Positions 42,354 to 51,918 of a stretch of DNA of 64,000 bases are shown in pieces. Location of the stretch: assembly GCA_963761595.1 (NCBI GenBank), contig CAVXHE010000004.1, forward strand, positions 105,601-169,600, given 5' to 3'. How positions within the stretch are numbered: position 1 is the stretch's first letter; every line of letters starts with the position of its first letter. Under the pieces are notes generated by a model, which searched no databases, had not been told where the DNA came from, and saw nothing but the letters and a program-made list of their open reading frames with translations. A program made the translations under genes and the position numbers. This DNA comes from an uncultured Alphaproteobacteria bacterium (GTDB taxonomy: Bacteria > Pseudomonadota > Alphaproteobacteria > Rhizobiales > Xanthobacteraceae).

Positions 42354-44021
42354 ATGCCCAACGAACTCGTCTTCGCGCCGCTCGGCGGCATCGGCGAGAT
42401 CGGGATGAACCTCTCGATCTACGGCTTTGGCGACGCGCGCCGCCGGCAATGGCTCATCGTCGATTGCGGCGTGTCCTTTGCCTCCGAGGAGCATTTGCCC
42501 GGCGTCGATCTCATCCTGCCGGACATCTCGCTATCTGATCGAGGAGCGCAAAAACATCGTCGGTCTCGTGCTCACCCACGGCCACGAAGATCACATGGGC
42601 GCGCTCATCGATCTGTGGCCGCGGCTCAAAGTGCCGCTCTACGCGACGCCGTTCACGGCCGCTCTGTTCGAGGCGCGGCGCGCCTCCGAGCCCGGCGCGC
42701 CGGAAATTCCGGTCAATGTCGTGCCGGTCGGCGGCCACCTTTACGCTCGGGCCGTTCGACGATCGATTTCATCAATGTCTCGCATTCGATTCCGGAATCC
42801 AATGCGCTCGCGATCCGCACGCCGGCCGGCACCGTCGTGCATACCGGCGACTGGAAGATCGATCCGACCCCGATCATCGGCGCGCCGACCGATGCGGCGA
42901 AGTTCACCGCGCTCGGCGATGCCGGCGTGCTGGCGCTCGTCGGCGATTCCACCAATGCCGTTCGCGAGGGCAGCTCGCCGTCGGAATCCGACGTGGCAAA
43001 GACGCTTGCCGAACTGATCCGCACCGCGCCGCGGCGCGTCGCCGTGACGACCTTTGCCTCCCATGTCGGCCGCCTGCGCGCCGTCGCCGACGCCGCCCGC
43101 GCCGCGGAGCGCGAAGTGGTCGTGGTTGGCCGGGCCATGGAACGCGTGGTCCAGGTGGCGCGCGAGACCGGCTATCTCGACGGCGTGCAGGATTTCCGCA
43201 GCGTCGAGAGCTACGGCTATCTGCCGCCGGACAAGGTTTTGGCTCTGTGCACCGGCAGCCAGGGCGAGCCGCGCGCCGCGCTGTCGCGCATCGCCGAGGA
43301 CGAGCATCCGGAAGTCACGCTGTCGCGCGGCGACCGCGTGATCTTCTCGGCGCGGCCAATCCCGGCAACGAAAAGGCGGTATCGCGGGTGATCAACGGTC
43401 TGGTCGAGCAGGGCGTCGAGGTCATCACCGACCGCACCCATCTCGTCCACGTCTCCGGCCATCCGCGGCGCGATGAATTGCGCGACATGATCGGCTGGGT
43501 GCGGCCGAAAATCCTCATTCCGGCGCATGGCGAGGCGCTGCATCTTGCCGAGCATGCCGAATTGGCCCGCAAAGCCGGCGTGCCGCATGTGCTGGTGTGC
43601 CGCAACGGCGACCTGGTGCGGCTTGGCGCCGGAGGGCCCGAAATCATCGACGAGGTTCCCTCGGGCCGGCTCTACAAGGACGGCTCGCTCCTGGTGAGCG
43701 CGGAGGTCGCGCACCGTGGCGGCGCGCCGGCGGCTGAGCTTTGCCGGCATCGTCTCGGTCGCGCTGGCGCTGAGCGACAAGGGCGTGCTCGTCGCCGATC
43801 CGGAAGTCGAGCTGATCGGCCTGCCCGAAACCGACGCCGGCGGCGCCTCGATGACCGAGATCGCCCGCGACGCTGTCGAAGCCGCCTTCGACGCCCTGCC
43901 CAAACCGCGCCGCCGCGATCCCGACGCGGTCGCCGAGGCGGTGCGGCGCGCCGTGCGCGGCGCGATCGCCGAGCGCTGGAAGAAAAAGCCGATCTGCCAC
44001 GTCCATGTTTTGACGGTGTAG
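42354..44021 (+). CDS. rnj: ribonuclease J, about 5 frame changes as assembled
   Basis: MPNELVFAPLGGIGEIGMN start. Metallo-beta-lactamase motif LVLTHGHEDHMGAL, then IDFINVSHSIPESNALAIRTPAGTVVHTGDWKID, HVSGHPRRDEL and the C-terminal domain. Joins near 42528, 42737, 42757, 43362 and 43705. Confidence 0.85.
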
Positions 44022-44099
44022 GGCGGCTTGAGCGCAGCGAAACCCGCTTTGCGGTGGAGCGGCTTATTGATGGGTTTCGCTTCGCTCCACCCGCCCTAC
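44018..44099. repeat. REP family B inverted repeat (28-nt arms)
   Basis: gtagggcggcttgagcgcagcgaaaccc (44018-44045) matches the reverse complement of gggtttcgcttcgctccacccgccctac (44072-44099) with 3 mismatches. It yields the familiar pseudo-peptides ..ERSETR../..GFRFAPPALP... Confidence 0.75.
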
Positions 44100-44138
44100 C
44101 ATAATAATATGCCGGCCGGGCTTTAGGAGAACTCCATC

Positions 44139-44543
44139 ATGATCGGCAGGCTCAATCACGTCGCCATCGCGGTGCGCGATATCGGCAAGGCGACCGCGGT
44201 CTATCGCGACGTTCTCGGCGCCGAAGTTTCGGCCGCGGTGCCGCAACCCGATCACGGCGTGACCACGGTTTTCATCACGCTGCCCAACACCAAGATCGAG
44301 CTTCTGGAACCGCTCGGCGAGACGTCGCCGATCGCAAAATTCCTCGAGCGCAATCCGGACGGCGGCATGCATCACATCTGCTACGAGGTCGACGACATCC
44401 GCGCCGCCCGCGACGCCTTAAAGGCTTCGGGCGCGCGCGTGCTTGGCGACGGCGAGCCGAAAACCGGGGCGCACGGCAAGCCGGTGCTGTTCCTGCACCC
44501 GAAGGACTTTTCCGGCACTTTGGTCGAGCTTGAGCAGGGATGA
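44139..44543 (+). CDS. mce: methylmalonyl-CoA epimerase (VOC family)
   Basis: 134 aa. Has MIGRLNHVAIAVRD, KIELLEPLGE.SPIAKFLERNP.GGMHHICYEV.DI and FLHPKDF.GTLVELEQ. Confidence 0.93.
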   Translation: MIGRLNHVAIAVRDIGKATAVYRDVLGAEVSAAVPQPDHGVTTVFITLPNTKIELLEPLGETSPIAKFLERNPDGGMHHICYEVDDIRAARDALKASGARVLGDGEPKTGAHGKPVLFLHPKDFSGTLVELEQG

Positions 44544-44839
44544 GCATCATCACGGCGGTTGCGGTCTTTGTCCTGATCTGGTGGGTGGTGCTGTTCGCCG
44601 TGCTGCCGTGGGGGGTGCGGAGCCAGCACGAAGGCGGGGCGGAGCCCAATGATCCGACAGAACCTATAGTCCCCGGCACCGATCCAGGCGCGCCTGCAAA
44701 TCTCAGGCTCGGCCAAAAACTGTTGTGGACGACACTCGTCTCAGGCGTGATCTACGCCGCTTGCTACGTAGTCTATGTCGAGCATCTGGTCACGATCGAC
44801 AGCCTGATGGCGCCGTTCGTCGGCACAAAAAGCCAATAG
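44540..44839 (+). CDS. DUF1467 family membrane protein
   Basis: 99 aa with AVFVLIWWVVLFAVLPWGVRSQ, typical of DUF1467. The start overlaps the mce stop, the usual alphaproteobacterial mce neighbour. Confidence 0.85.
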   Translation: MSIITAVAVFVLIWWVVLFAVLPWGVRSQHEGGAEPNDPTEPIVPGTDPGAPANLRLGQKLLWTTLVSGVIYAACYVVYVEHLVTIDSLMAPFVGTKSQ

Positions 44840-44920
44840 AAATCAATATTTTAAACTGAAGTTCTTGCGCATGGTCTGCGCTTCTGCACGCAACTGAAAT
44901 AGATGCGGGTTGCGCTAGCC

Positions 44921-44950
44921 CCCAAAAGAAAAGCAGGGCCAAAGCCCTGC
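44921..44950 (-). terminator. intrinsic terminator oriented on the minus strand, with no annotated minus-strand gene upstream
   Basis: The minus strand reads GCAGGGC-UUUG-GCCCUGC followed by UUUUCUUUUGGGGG. On the plus strand the hairpin is not followed by a U tract. Confidence 0.55.
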
Positions 44951-45210
44951 CCAAAAATCCTCATCTGACCCATAACCCACGTTTCGTTTATTGAGGTGCG
45001 GCTTACACGTGGCTGGCGACGCTTTCCGCTCGCGGGTCATCCTCCCGAGACTTGGACCGCCGCCCTGAATTATCCGCGTTTGAGGCGGCTTCAGGGTCGC
45101 AGATTATTCGTAATCTAAATTCAAAGGCTTGTCATCATGGTACCATCCCGTCTCGCAAAAAAATTCTAATGGAATTTCCTGCCGGGGTTGATCCCACCTG
45201 GCCTGGCGCG
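44951..45210 (-). ncRNA. candidate small RNA or small-ORF transcript ending at the 44921-44950 terminator (5' end unknown)
   Basis: Inferred only from the orphan terminator and a 450-bp gap with locally AT-rich patches and an internal hairpin (CCCUGAA...UUCAGGG, 45055-45090). No family recognised. Confidence 0.25.
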
Positions 45211-45305
45211 GGGCTTAGATTGGGGCTTCGGTTGGGGCCTTGTAATTCCGTCGCCGTTGCGGCCTTTTGTGGCCCCGACACATTCCCCGACTCGCCCGAG
45301 ATTTC

Positions 45306-46648
45306 ATGCGCCTTTCCCGATACTTCCTGCCCAATCTGCGTGAGACGCCCAAGGAAGCGGAGATCGCGTCCCACCGGCTGATGCTCCGCGCCGGCATGAT
45401 CCGGCAGGAGGCGGCCGGTATCTACACCTTCCTGCCGCTCGGGCTGCGGGTGCTGAAAAAGGTCTGCGCAGATCGTGCGCGAGGAGCAGGACCGCTCGGG
45501 CGCGATCGAGCTTCTGATGCCGACCATCCAGCCGGCCGATCTGTGGCGCGAGAGCGGCCGCTACGAGGCCTATGGCAAGGAGATGCTGCGCATCAAGGAC
45601 CGCCACGAGCGCGACATGCTCTATGGGCCGACCAACGAGGAAATGATCACCGCGATCTTCCGCAGCTATGTGCGGTCCTACAAGGATTTGCCGCTGAACC
45701 TCTACCATATCCAATGGAAGTTCCGCGACGAGGTGCGGCCGCGCTTCGGCGTGATGCGCGGGCGCGAGTTCCTGATGAAGGACGCCTATTCCTTCGACCT
45801 CGATTTCGAAGGCGCCAAGCACGCCTATAACCGCATGTTCGTCGCCTATCTGCGCACCTTCGCCGCGCATGGGGCTGCGCTCGATCCCGATGGTCGCCGA
45901 AAGCGGCCCGATCGGCGGCAATCTGTCCCACGAATTCATCATCTTGGCGGACACCGGCGAGAGCGAAGTGTTCTGCGACCGCGACTATCTCGACTTCGAG
46001 GTTCCGGGGCCCGACGTCGACTTCACCCATGTCGGCCGCTTGCAGGCCATCGTCGACAAATGGACCTCGCTCTATGCGGCAACGTCGGAAAAGCACGATG
46101 CTGCGGCCTTCGCCAAGCTCGGCGCGGGCAAGGGCCTCTCGGCGCGCGGCATCGAGGTCGGCCATATCTTTTATTTCGGCACGAAATATTCCGAGCCGAT
46201 GAAGGCCGTCGTGACCGGCCCCGATGGCGTGGATCGGCCCGTCCATGGCGGCTCCTATGGCATCGGCCCAAGCCGGCTGGTCGCCGCCGTCATCGAGGCC
46301 TCCCACGACGAGGCCGGCATCAAATGGCCGGATTCCGTCGCGCCGTTCAACGCCATCATCCTCAATCTCAAGCAGGGCGGCGCCGACACCGATCCGGCCT
46401 GCGAAAAGCTCTATGCGGGGCTGACCGGCAAAGGCATCGACACCCTCTACAACGACCTCGACGAGCGGCCGGGCTCGAAATTCGCCGCCGCCGACCTGAT
46501 CGGCGTACCGTGGCAGATCCTGGTGGGGCCGCGCAGCCTTGCCGAAGGCAAGGTCGAGGTGAAGCGCCGCGCCGATGGGCAGCGCGAGCTGATGTCGGCT
46601 GCCGACGCGGTCGCCAGAATTTCCGCGTCAACGTGCGTTTCGGCATGA
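45306..46648 (+). CDS. proS: proline-tRNA ligase (alphaproteobacterial short type), 2 frame changes as assembled
   Basis: [34 protein letters not shown].. start. Has [55 protein letters not shown] and [14 protein letters not shown], plus the anticodon-binding end. Joins near 45465 and 45865. Confidence 0.9.
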
Positions 46649-46742
46649 TCTTCTGTGTGCGGCGGCGGTTTAACGCGAGAGACCAGGCTTGAAACCGCCA
46701 GAATCGTGTGAAACTCCGGGTAATCGCGGGGACCTGACATAA

Positions 46743-48012
46743 ATGGCCGAGTCGACCGGCACCCATCCTTTTTCGGCATTCGAATGGATGTTGTCGCTGC
46801 GCTATCTGCGCGCGCGGCGCAAAGAGGGATTCATTTCCGTCATCGCCGGCTTCTCGTTTCTCGGCATCATGCTCGGCGTCGCGACGCTGATCATCGTCAT
46901 GGCGGTAATGAACGGGTTCCGGCAGGAGCTGTTGTCGAAAATCCTCGGCCTCAACGGACATCTGCTGATCCAGCCGCTCGAGCAGCCGCTCACCGACTTC
47001 GCCGATGTTTCGGCGCGGGTGTCCAAGGTCAACGGCGTCTATCTCGCCGCACCCCTGGTCGAGGGCCAGGCGCTGGCGTCCTCGCCGTTCAATGCCTCCG
47101 GCGTCGTGGTCCGCGGCATGCGCGGCGGCGATCTCTCAAAGCTCACGCAGGTGTCCAAAAACATCAAACAGGGCACGCTCGACGGCTTCGACGATAACCA
47201 GGGCATTGCCATCGGCAGCCGGCTCGCCGAGCAGCTGTCGGTCCGCGCCGGCGACAATCTGACACTCGTGGCGCCGCGCGGCGCGGTGACGCCGATGGGC
47301 ACGACGCCGCGGATCAAGGCCTATAAGATCGCGGCGGTCTTCGAGATTGGTATGTCAGAATACGATTCGGCCTTCGTCTTCATGCCGCTTACCGAGGCGC
47401 AGGCCTATTTCAACCGCTCCGGCGACGTCACCGCCATCGAGGTCTATACCGACAATCCGGACAATATCGACAGTTTCCGCAAGGCCGTGACCGAGGCCGC
47501 GGCGCGGCCGATCTATATGGTCGACTGGCGCCAGCGCAACGCCACCTTCTTCAACGCGCTCCAGGTCGAGCGCAATGTGATGTTTTTGATCCTGACCTTG
47601 ATCGTGCTCGTGGCCGCGCTCAATATCGTGTCCGGACTGATCATGCTGGTCAAAGACAAATGCGAGCGATATCGCGATCCTGCGCACCATGGGGGCGACG
47701 CAGGGCGCGATCATGCGCGTGTTTCTGATTACCGGGGCTTCGATCGGCGTCGTCGGCACGCTGGTCGGCTTTCTGCTCGGCACCGTCGTCTGCCTCAATA
47801 TCGAGGAGATCCGGCGCTTCCTGTCGTGGCTCACCAATACCGAATTGTTCTCGCCGGAGCTTTATTTCCTGTCACAGCTTCCCGCCGACATGAACCTCAA
47901 GGAAACCACGGCGGTTCTGGTCATGGCGCTCGGGCTCTCGCTGCTCGCAACGCTCTATCCGTCATGGCGCGCGGCGCGGCTCGATCCCGTCGAAGCGCTG
48001 CGTTACGAGTGA
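46743..48012 (+). CDS. lolE: lipoprotein-releasing ABC transporter permease (LolC/E family), 1 frame change near 47665
   Basis: The N-terminus FEWMLSLRYLRARRKEGFISVIAGFSFLGIMLGVATLI, periplasmic domain and FtsX-like C-terminus (..ILRTMGATQGAIMRVFLITG..YPSWRAARLDPVEALRYE) lie in two frames. Confidence 0.88.
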
Positions 48013-48021
48013 TCGGGCCGC

Positions 48022-48757
48022 ATGGATGACACCACCACGATAGGCGAGGCCAGAACGCCGCTACCGGACAACGAGGAACAGCCGCTTCTCTTCCTGCACG
48101 GCATTTGCCGTCATTTCAGCCAGGGAGACCAGCGGCTTGATATTCTCAAGAACGCGCGAGCTTGCGGTGTGGCCCGGGCAGTCGGTGGCGCTGGTGGCGC
48201 CGTCGGGCTCCGGCAAGTCGACGCTGCTGCACATGGCCGGCCTTCTCGAACATCCCAATTCCGGCGAAGTCTATATCGACGCGGTGGCGACCACGCCGCT
48301 CACCGACACTGCGCGCACCCGGATCCGGCGCACCGAGATCGGCTTTGTTTACCAGTTTCACCATCTGTTGCCGGAATTCTCGGCGCTTGAAAACGTCGTC
48401 ATGCCGCAGATGATCCGCGGCCTGTCGAAGCGCGAGGCAACCTCGCGGGCCGCGGAATTGCTGAGCTATCTCGGCCTCAAGGACCGGCTCACGCATCGGC
48501 CGGCGGAATTGTCGGGCGGCGAGCAGCAGCGCGTCGCCATTGCGCGCGCGGTCGCCAATGCGCCGCGCATCCTCCTCGCCGACGAGCCGACCGGCAATCT
48601 CGACGTGCGCACCGCCGAACATGTGTTCGCGACGCTCGGGCAGTTGGTGCGCGCCTCGGGCCTCGCCGCCATCATCGCCACCCACAATTTGGACATCGCG
48701 GCGCAGATGGACCGCCGCGTCACGCTTCGCGATGGCGCCGTCGTCGAACTCGACTGA
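48022..48757 (+). CDS. lolD: lipoprotein-releasing ABC transporter ATP-binding protein LolD, 1 frame change near 48157
   Basis: Has Walker [10 protein letters not shown], the LolD-type [18 protein letters not shown], signature [14 protein letters not shown] and Walker [13 protein letters not shown]. The N-terminal 45 codons are in a different frame. Confidence 0.9.
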
Positions 48758-48765
48758 CAGAACTT

Positions 48766-49029
48766 CTAAGACTGCGGATGGCGATGCTTGTGCCCGCTAT
48801 ATTGCGGCGCCGCGGTTGCGGACGGATGATACCAATCGTTCTGCTGACAGAAGCCGCCGATGCCGCGCACGTTCTCCAGGCACTGTTCGAAAGTTGTGAA
48901 GCCGCAATTGGTGCCGCTGAAGCCTGAGCCGTAAATCGAGCACCACGGATAGTTGCTTTGCGCCTGCGCGCGCGGCGCGATTGCGATCGCCGCGACAAGC
49001 AGTCCGACCACGAAAATCAAGGTCTTCAT
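48766..49029 (-). CDS. DUF3551-like small secreted cysteine-containing protein (copy 1 of 3)
   Basis: MKTLIFVVGLLVAAIAIAPRAQA signal, then NYPWCSIYGSGFSGTNCGFTTFEQCLENVRGIGGFCQQN. Four conserved Cys and a basic C-terminal tail. Confidence 0.65.
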   Translation of the reverse strand: MKTLIFVVGLLVAAIAIAPRAQAQSNYPWCSIYGSGFSGTNCGFTTFEQCLENVRGIGGFCQQNDWYHPSATAAPQYSGHKHRHPQS

Positions 49030-49052
49030 GACGATCTCCCGTTTGAGGGGTT

Positions 49053-49316
49053 TCACGAATTTTTGCTGTGGCTCTTGCGCATCTGGTGCCGCGCCGGCGC
49101 GGCAGCAAGGGGCGGCCGATACGTGTCGTTTTTCTCGCAGAAGCCGCCGATGCCGCGGACGCTCGCCATGCACTGTTCAAAACTCGTGAAGCCGCAACTG
49201 GTGTCGCTGTAGGGCGTGCCGTAACGGGCGCACCACGGATAGTTCTGCGCTTGCGCGCGCGGCGCGAGGACGGCGGTTGCGAGAAGGAGTCCGAGCACGA
49301 AAAGCAAGGTCTTCAT
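49053..49316 (-). CDS. DUF3551-like small secreted protein (copy 2 of 3)
   Basis: MKTLLFVLGLLLATAVLAPRAQA signal, then NYPWCARYGTPYSDTSCGFTSFEQCMASVRGIGGFCEKN. Clear paralogue of the flanking genes. Confidence 0.65.
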   Translation of the reverse strand: MKTLLFVLGLLLATAVLAPRAQAQNYPWCARYGTPYSDTSCGFTSFEQCMASVRGIGGFCEKNDTYRPPLAAAPARHQMRKSHSKNS

Positions 49317-49359
49317 GGCAATCTCCCTTATCTAGAACTGTTGTTGCGAAGCTTTTGTT

Positions 49360-49629
49360 TCACGAGTTTTTGCTGCGGCTCTTGCGCGCCTGGTGCGGCA
49401 CCGGCTCCGCGGCCGCGGGCCCTTTGTACCAATCGTTTTTCTCGCAGGTGCCGCCCGAGCCGCGCGCGGTCGCCATGCACTGTTCGTAACTGGAAAAGCC
49501 GCAATTGACGCCGGCGCCGTCGGAGAAATTCGAACACCACGGATAATTCGATTGCGCCGCCGCGGGCGTTGCGATCGGCGCCAGTGCAATGAATCCTAAG
49601 AGTGCACACAAAAGCTTCGTGGCCATCAC
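49360..49629 (-). CDS. DUF3551-like small secreted protein (copy 3 of 3)
   Basis: Signal peptide, then SNYPWCSNFSDGAGVNCGFSSYEQCMATARGSGGTCEKN. Same Cys spacing as copies 1 and 2. Confidence 0.65.
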   Translation of the reverse strand: MMATKLLCALLGFIALAPIATPAAAQSNYPWCSNFSDGAGVNCGFSSYEQCMATARGSGGTCEKNDWYKGPAAAEPVPHQARKSRSKNS

Positions 49630-49763
49630 GGTTATGAACCCGAGCCGTGGCGGTTTATTGCATGGCGAAGAGGCGAAGGCTCTTCTTAGCCCAAAAAAAG
49701 GCCGCCGGATGCGGCGACCTCTTCGCAGTCTTGTTCAGCGCAGTGTTGTTCAGCGTCCCCCGC

Positions 49764-49988
49764 TTAGCAGGGGGCGCACCAGCAGCGATACGGGCCGCAG
49801 ACCCGGGTAAAGCCTGGCCCGCACCAGCGGCCGAAGCCGCGGCAGGCCGCCTCTTTCAGCGGGGTCGCGTTTTTGATTTGGGCATGGAAGCTCGCGGCGC
49901 CGGACGACTGAGTTTGCGCATTGGCGGCGATCACCATCGTGCCCAGCATCAGCGCGGCTGCGGTCAAAGTCATGGTCAGTTTTCGCAT
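49764..49988 (-). CDS. small secreted Cys-rich peptide (74 aa)
   Basis: ATG at 49988 (MRKLTMTLTAAALMLGTMVIAANA signal). The C-terminus CRGFGRWCGPGFTRVCGPYRCWCAPC has 6 Cys in 26 residues. Confidence 0.5.
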   Translation of the reverse strand: MRKLTMTLTAAALMLGTMVIAANAQTQSSGAASFHAQIKNATPLKEAACRGFGRWCGPGFTRVCGPYRCWCAPC

Positions 49989-50242
49989 AGCACCCTTCCT
50001 TCTCATTTTGTCGTGATTGCCGAGTAGAACGAGATTGCTACGGGACGGCGACAACGCGGGGGGCGTCGTTCGTAGCGCCGGCCTTTGGAATCGGCCGGCT
50101 ACAGGGGCTTATACGCGATAACACGCCGACTGGATCGGTGTCGGAGTAGGGGCTCTGCTGCGGTCCGGCAGGAATTTTGCGGGCGGCGCTTCATCGATCC
50201 CTCCTGGAGGCCGCAGCCGCGCCGCGCTGTCGCGGTATGGCA

Positions 50243-50407
50243 TTACTTTTTGGGCGAGATCATCGCCTGTTCGGCATTGCATTCCGAGCAGCGGTAGATG
50301 CGCCGCTCGGGCTCCTGATCGGTCGCCGGCTCGACATGCGACAAGCTCACATGACCGCCGCAAACGGTGCAGGTCGGCAATAAAAATGGGTTGATCTTTC
50401 CGCTCAT
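50243..50407 (-). CDS. small zinc-ribbon-like protein (54 aa)
   Basis: ATG at 50407. MSGKINPFLLPTCTVCGGHVSLSHVEPATDQEPERRIYRCSECNAEQ carries two CxxC pairs. Confidence 0.45.
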   Translation of the reverse strand: MSGKINPFLLPTCTVCGGHVSLSHVEPATDQEPERRIYRCSECNAEQAMISPKK

Positions 50408-50502
50408 TGCACGATTTATTTGCGTGAAAATCTCGTGCGTGAAAATCTCGCGCTGCCATCGAATCATACTGTGTCAGCAACATTACACGACGAGGCAAAT
50501 CA

Positions 50503-50853
50503 TTACCCGCGACACGACGCGTCGGCGCGAACAAATTCTCCTGAAGACAAGTTCAGCGACCTGAGCAACGCATCGCTGACCCGGCCCAGATCCTCAATGA
50601 TCAGGTCCTCAATGATATAGTCCTCAATTATATAACCGGGTTCGGCGGTTTTAGTTCGAATGACGTCCATCGCATCGTCCGGGTTGGCGATCGCGACGAT
50701 ATAAGCGACGGCATGTCGATCACCGCGAAACCTGCTCACCCGCACCAGCCGGCCGAAGAATTCAGTCGCGCGTCCGGTCATGAAGCGGTGGTTGCCGATG
50801 CCGTAGCCGCGATAGTCGACGTATCGCGGACGCGCGAGCGCGGTTTGCGGCAT
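50503..50853 (-). CDS. hypothetical protein containing a 3 x 15-bp coding tandem repeat
   Basis: 116-aa ORF in a lower-GC stretch. The repeat gives ..YIIEDYIIEDLIIEDL... No family recognised. Confidence 0.3.
   Translation of the reverse strand: MPQTALARPRYVDYRGYGIGNHRFMTGRATEFFGRLVRVSRFRGDRHAVAYIVAIANPDDAMDVIRTKTAEPGYIIEDYIIEDLIIEDLGRVSDALLRSLNLSSGEFVRADASCRG
50591..50635. repeat. 3 x 15-bp tandem repeat
   Basis: tcctcaatgatcagg tcctcaatgatatag tcctcaattatataa. Confidence 0.85.
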
Positions 50854-51082
50854 GGCGGTCCCCCGTATTGCAATGCGGTAACCGCGGGAACCGGGATGGG
50901 TTTCTTAAGTTTCGGATCGCGTCCGTGCGTGGTTATCCGTCCGTTGCGTGGAACGCAGAATTCGCAGGCTATCGGCTGCCCGCCTTCGCGCGGGTGCTCT
51001 ACAAAAAACTGACATGCCGGGGTCGTCAGATCGGATATCTATTTCCGACAAGGACGCATATTAAGGGTCATAATTAAAAGCC

Positions 51083-51262
51083 ATGACAAATTCAGAGAAA
51101 AAAGAAGCGCCGGTGATGCTGCCCTTTGCCGACAAAGAGGGATCGGGCTGGCACGTGATCGTGCGCTACCACGAAGGCCACGAGCGCCGCATCGATGGCT
51201 TCGCTTCCGAGAAGGAGGCGCTCGATTGGATCATCGCCAATTCCAATCAGGTCGATGAATAG
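51083..51262 (+). CDS. small hypothetical protein (59 aa), related to 51755..51982
   Basis: Below the track threshold. MTNSEKKEAPVMLPFADKEGSGWHVIVRYHEGHERRIDGFASEKEALDWIIANSNQVDE shares the pattern W.I......G....I.G..S...A.DWI with the ORF at 51755. Confidence 0.45.
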   Translation: MTNSEKKEAPVMLPFADKEGSGWHVIVRYHEGHERRIDGFASEKEALDWIIANSNQVDE

Positions 51263-51280
51263 AATTTTTCAGTCAGGTCG

Positions 51281-51610
51281 ATGAATGGAATAAGGCAGCC
51301 TCAGAGCTTTGCCTGCCGCACCGAAGCGGGCATAGTCGGTCGCATGGACAACACAATGGACAATACAGGTGAAACCGGTTGCGAACTGAAGATCCTCCAG
51401 GGCTGGGAGCCGATTACGCTCGAGGACGCGCTCAAGCTACATCCGGACCGCGTCAAGCGTTGCCCGATATGCCACGGCCGGGTCCGCGCGCATAAAGCCG
51501 CCGACGACGGAGCGGTCGCCCATTTCGAGCATCTTGAACATCATCCGGGCTGTTATCTGGAGAGCGCCTTCGACGGCAATCCAAGGCCGCATCGCAAGGC
51601 GCTCAGGTGA
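51281..51610 (+). CDS. hypothetical Cys/His-rich protein (possible zinc finger)
   Basis: 109-aa ORF (alternative start at MDNTMDNT, 51344). RCPICHGRVRAHK....HFEHLEHHPGC suggests a metal-binding motif. No family recognised. Confidence 0.35.
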   Translation: MNGIRQPQSFACRTEAGIVGRMDNTMDNTGETGCELKILQGWEPITLEDALKLHPDRVKRCPICHGRVRAHKAADDGAVAHFEHLEHHPGCYLESAFDGNPRPHRKALR

Positions 51611-51666
51611 CTAAGCCGCAAATGCTCTAGGGACTTCCGCCAAGCCGCGACGTCAGCGCGTCGCCG

Positions 51667-51918
51667 TCAATGCAACCGATCCAGCACGTCGCGGGTGATG
51701 TCCTCTCCCGTTTTGGCATCTCGGACAATGAAGTGATCGCCGCTCGCTAGTATCGTGGCCAACTCCGGACAGGGCATATTCCGCCATATGGGCAAATCGC
51801 CGCGAGTCAAAGTCATTTTCAAGCCGAAGCGCATCGAGGATGGGGATTGGCAAATCGAGGCCCACTGTCCCGGCGCGGAGATTCGGTACGTCACGGGCTT
51901 GGTCAGCAAAGCCGACAT
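51667..51918 (-). CDS. ORF with PhaR N-terminal-domain-like segment (possible gene remnant), antisense to 51755..51982
   Basis: The C-terminal ..PELATILASGDHFIVRDAKTGEDITRDVLDRLH resembles the ..LEDLA.MV..GEDF.V.DAKTGEDITRSVL.. motif of PHA synthesis repressor PhaR. The rest is not PhaR-like. Confidence 0.25.
   Translation of the reverse strand: MSALLTKPVTYRISAPGQWASICQSPSSMRFGLKMTLTRGDLPIWRNMPCPELATILASGDHFIVRDAKTGEDITRDVLDRLH

Noticed and set aside
41360-44021. Programmed ribosomal frameshifting or recoding as an explanation for the frame changes in nuoN, birA and rnj.
   Set aside because: No slippery heptamers or stimulatory structures recur at the joins. There are far too many events per gene, in both +1 and -1 directions, and several sit at short homopolymers. 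Indels are the simpler explanation.
45052-45381. 109-aa plus-strand ORF in the DUF1467-proS gap.
   Set aside because: It runs out of frame into the proS start region, has atypical composition and shows no family resemblance.
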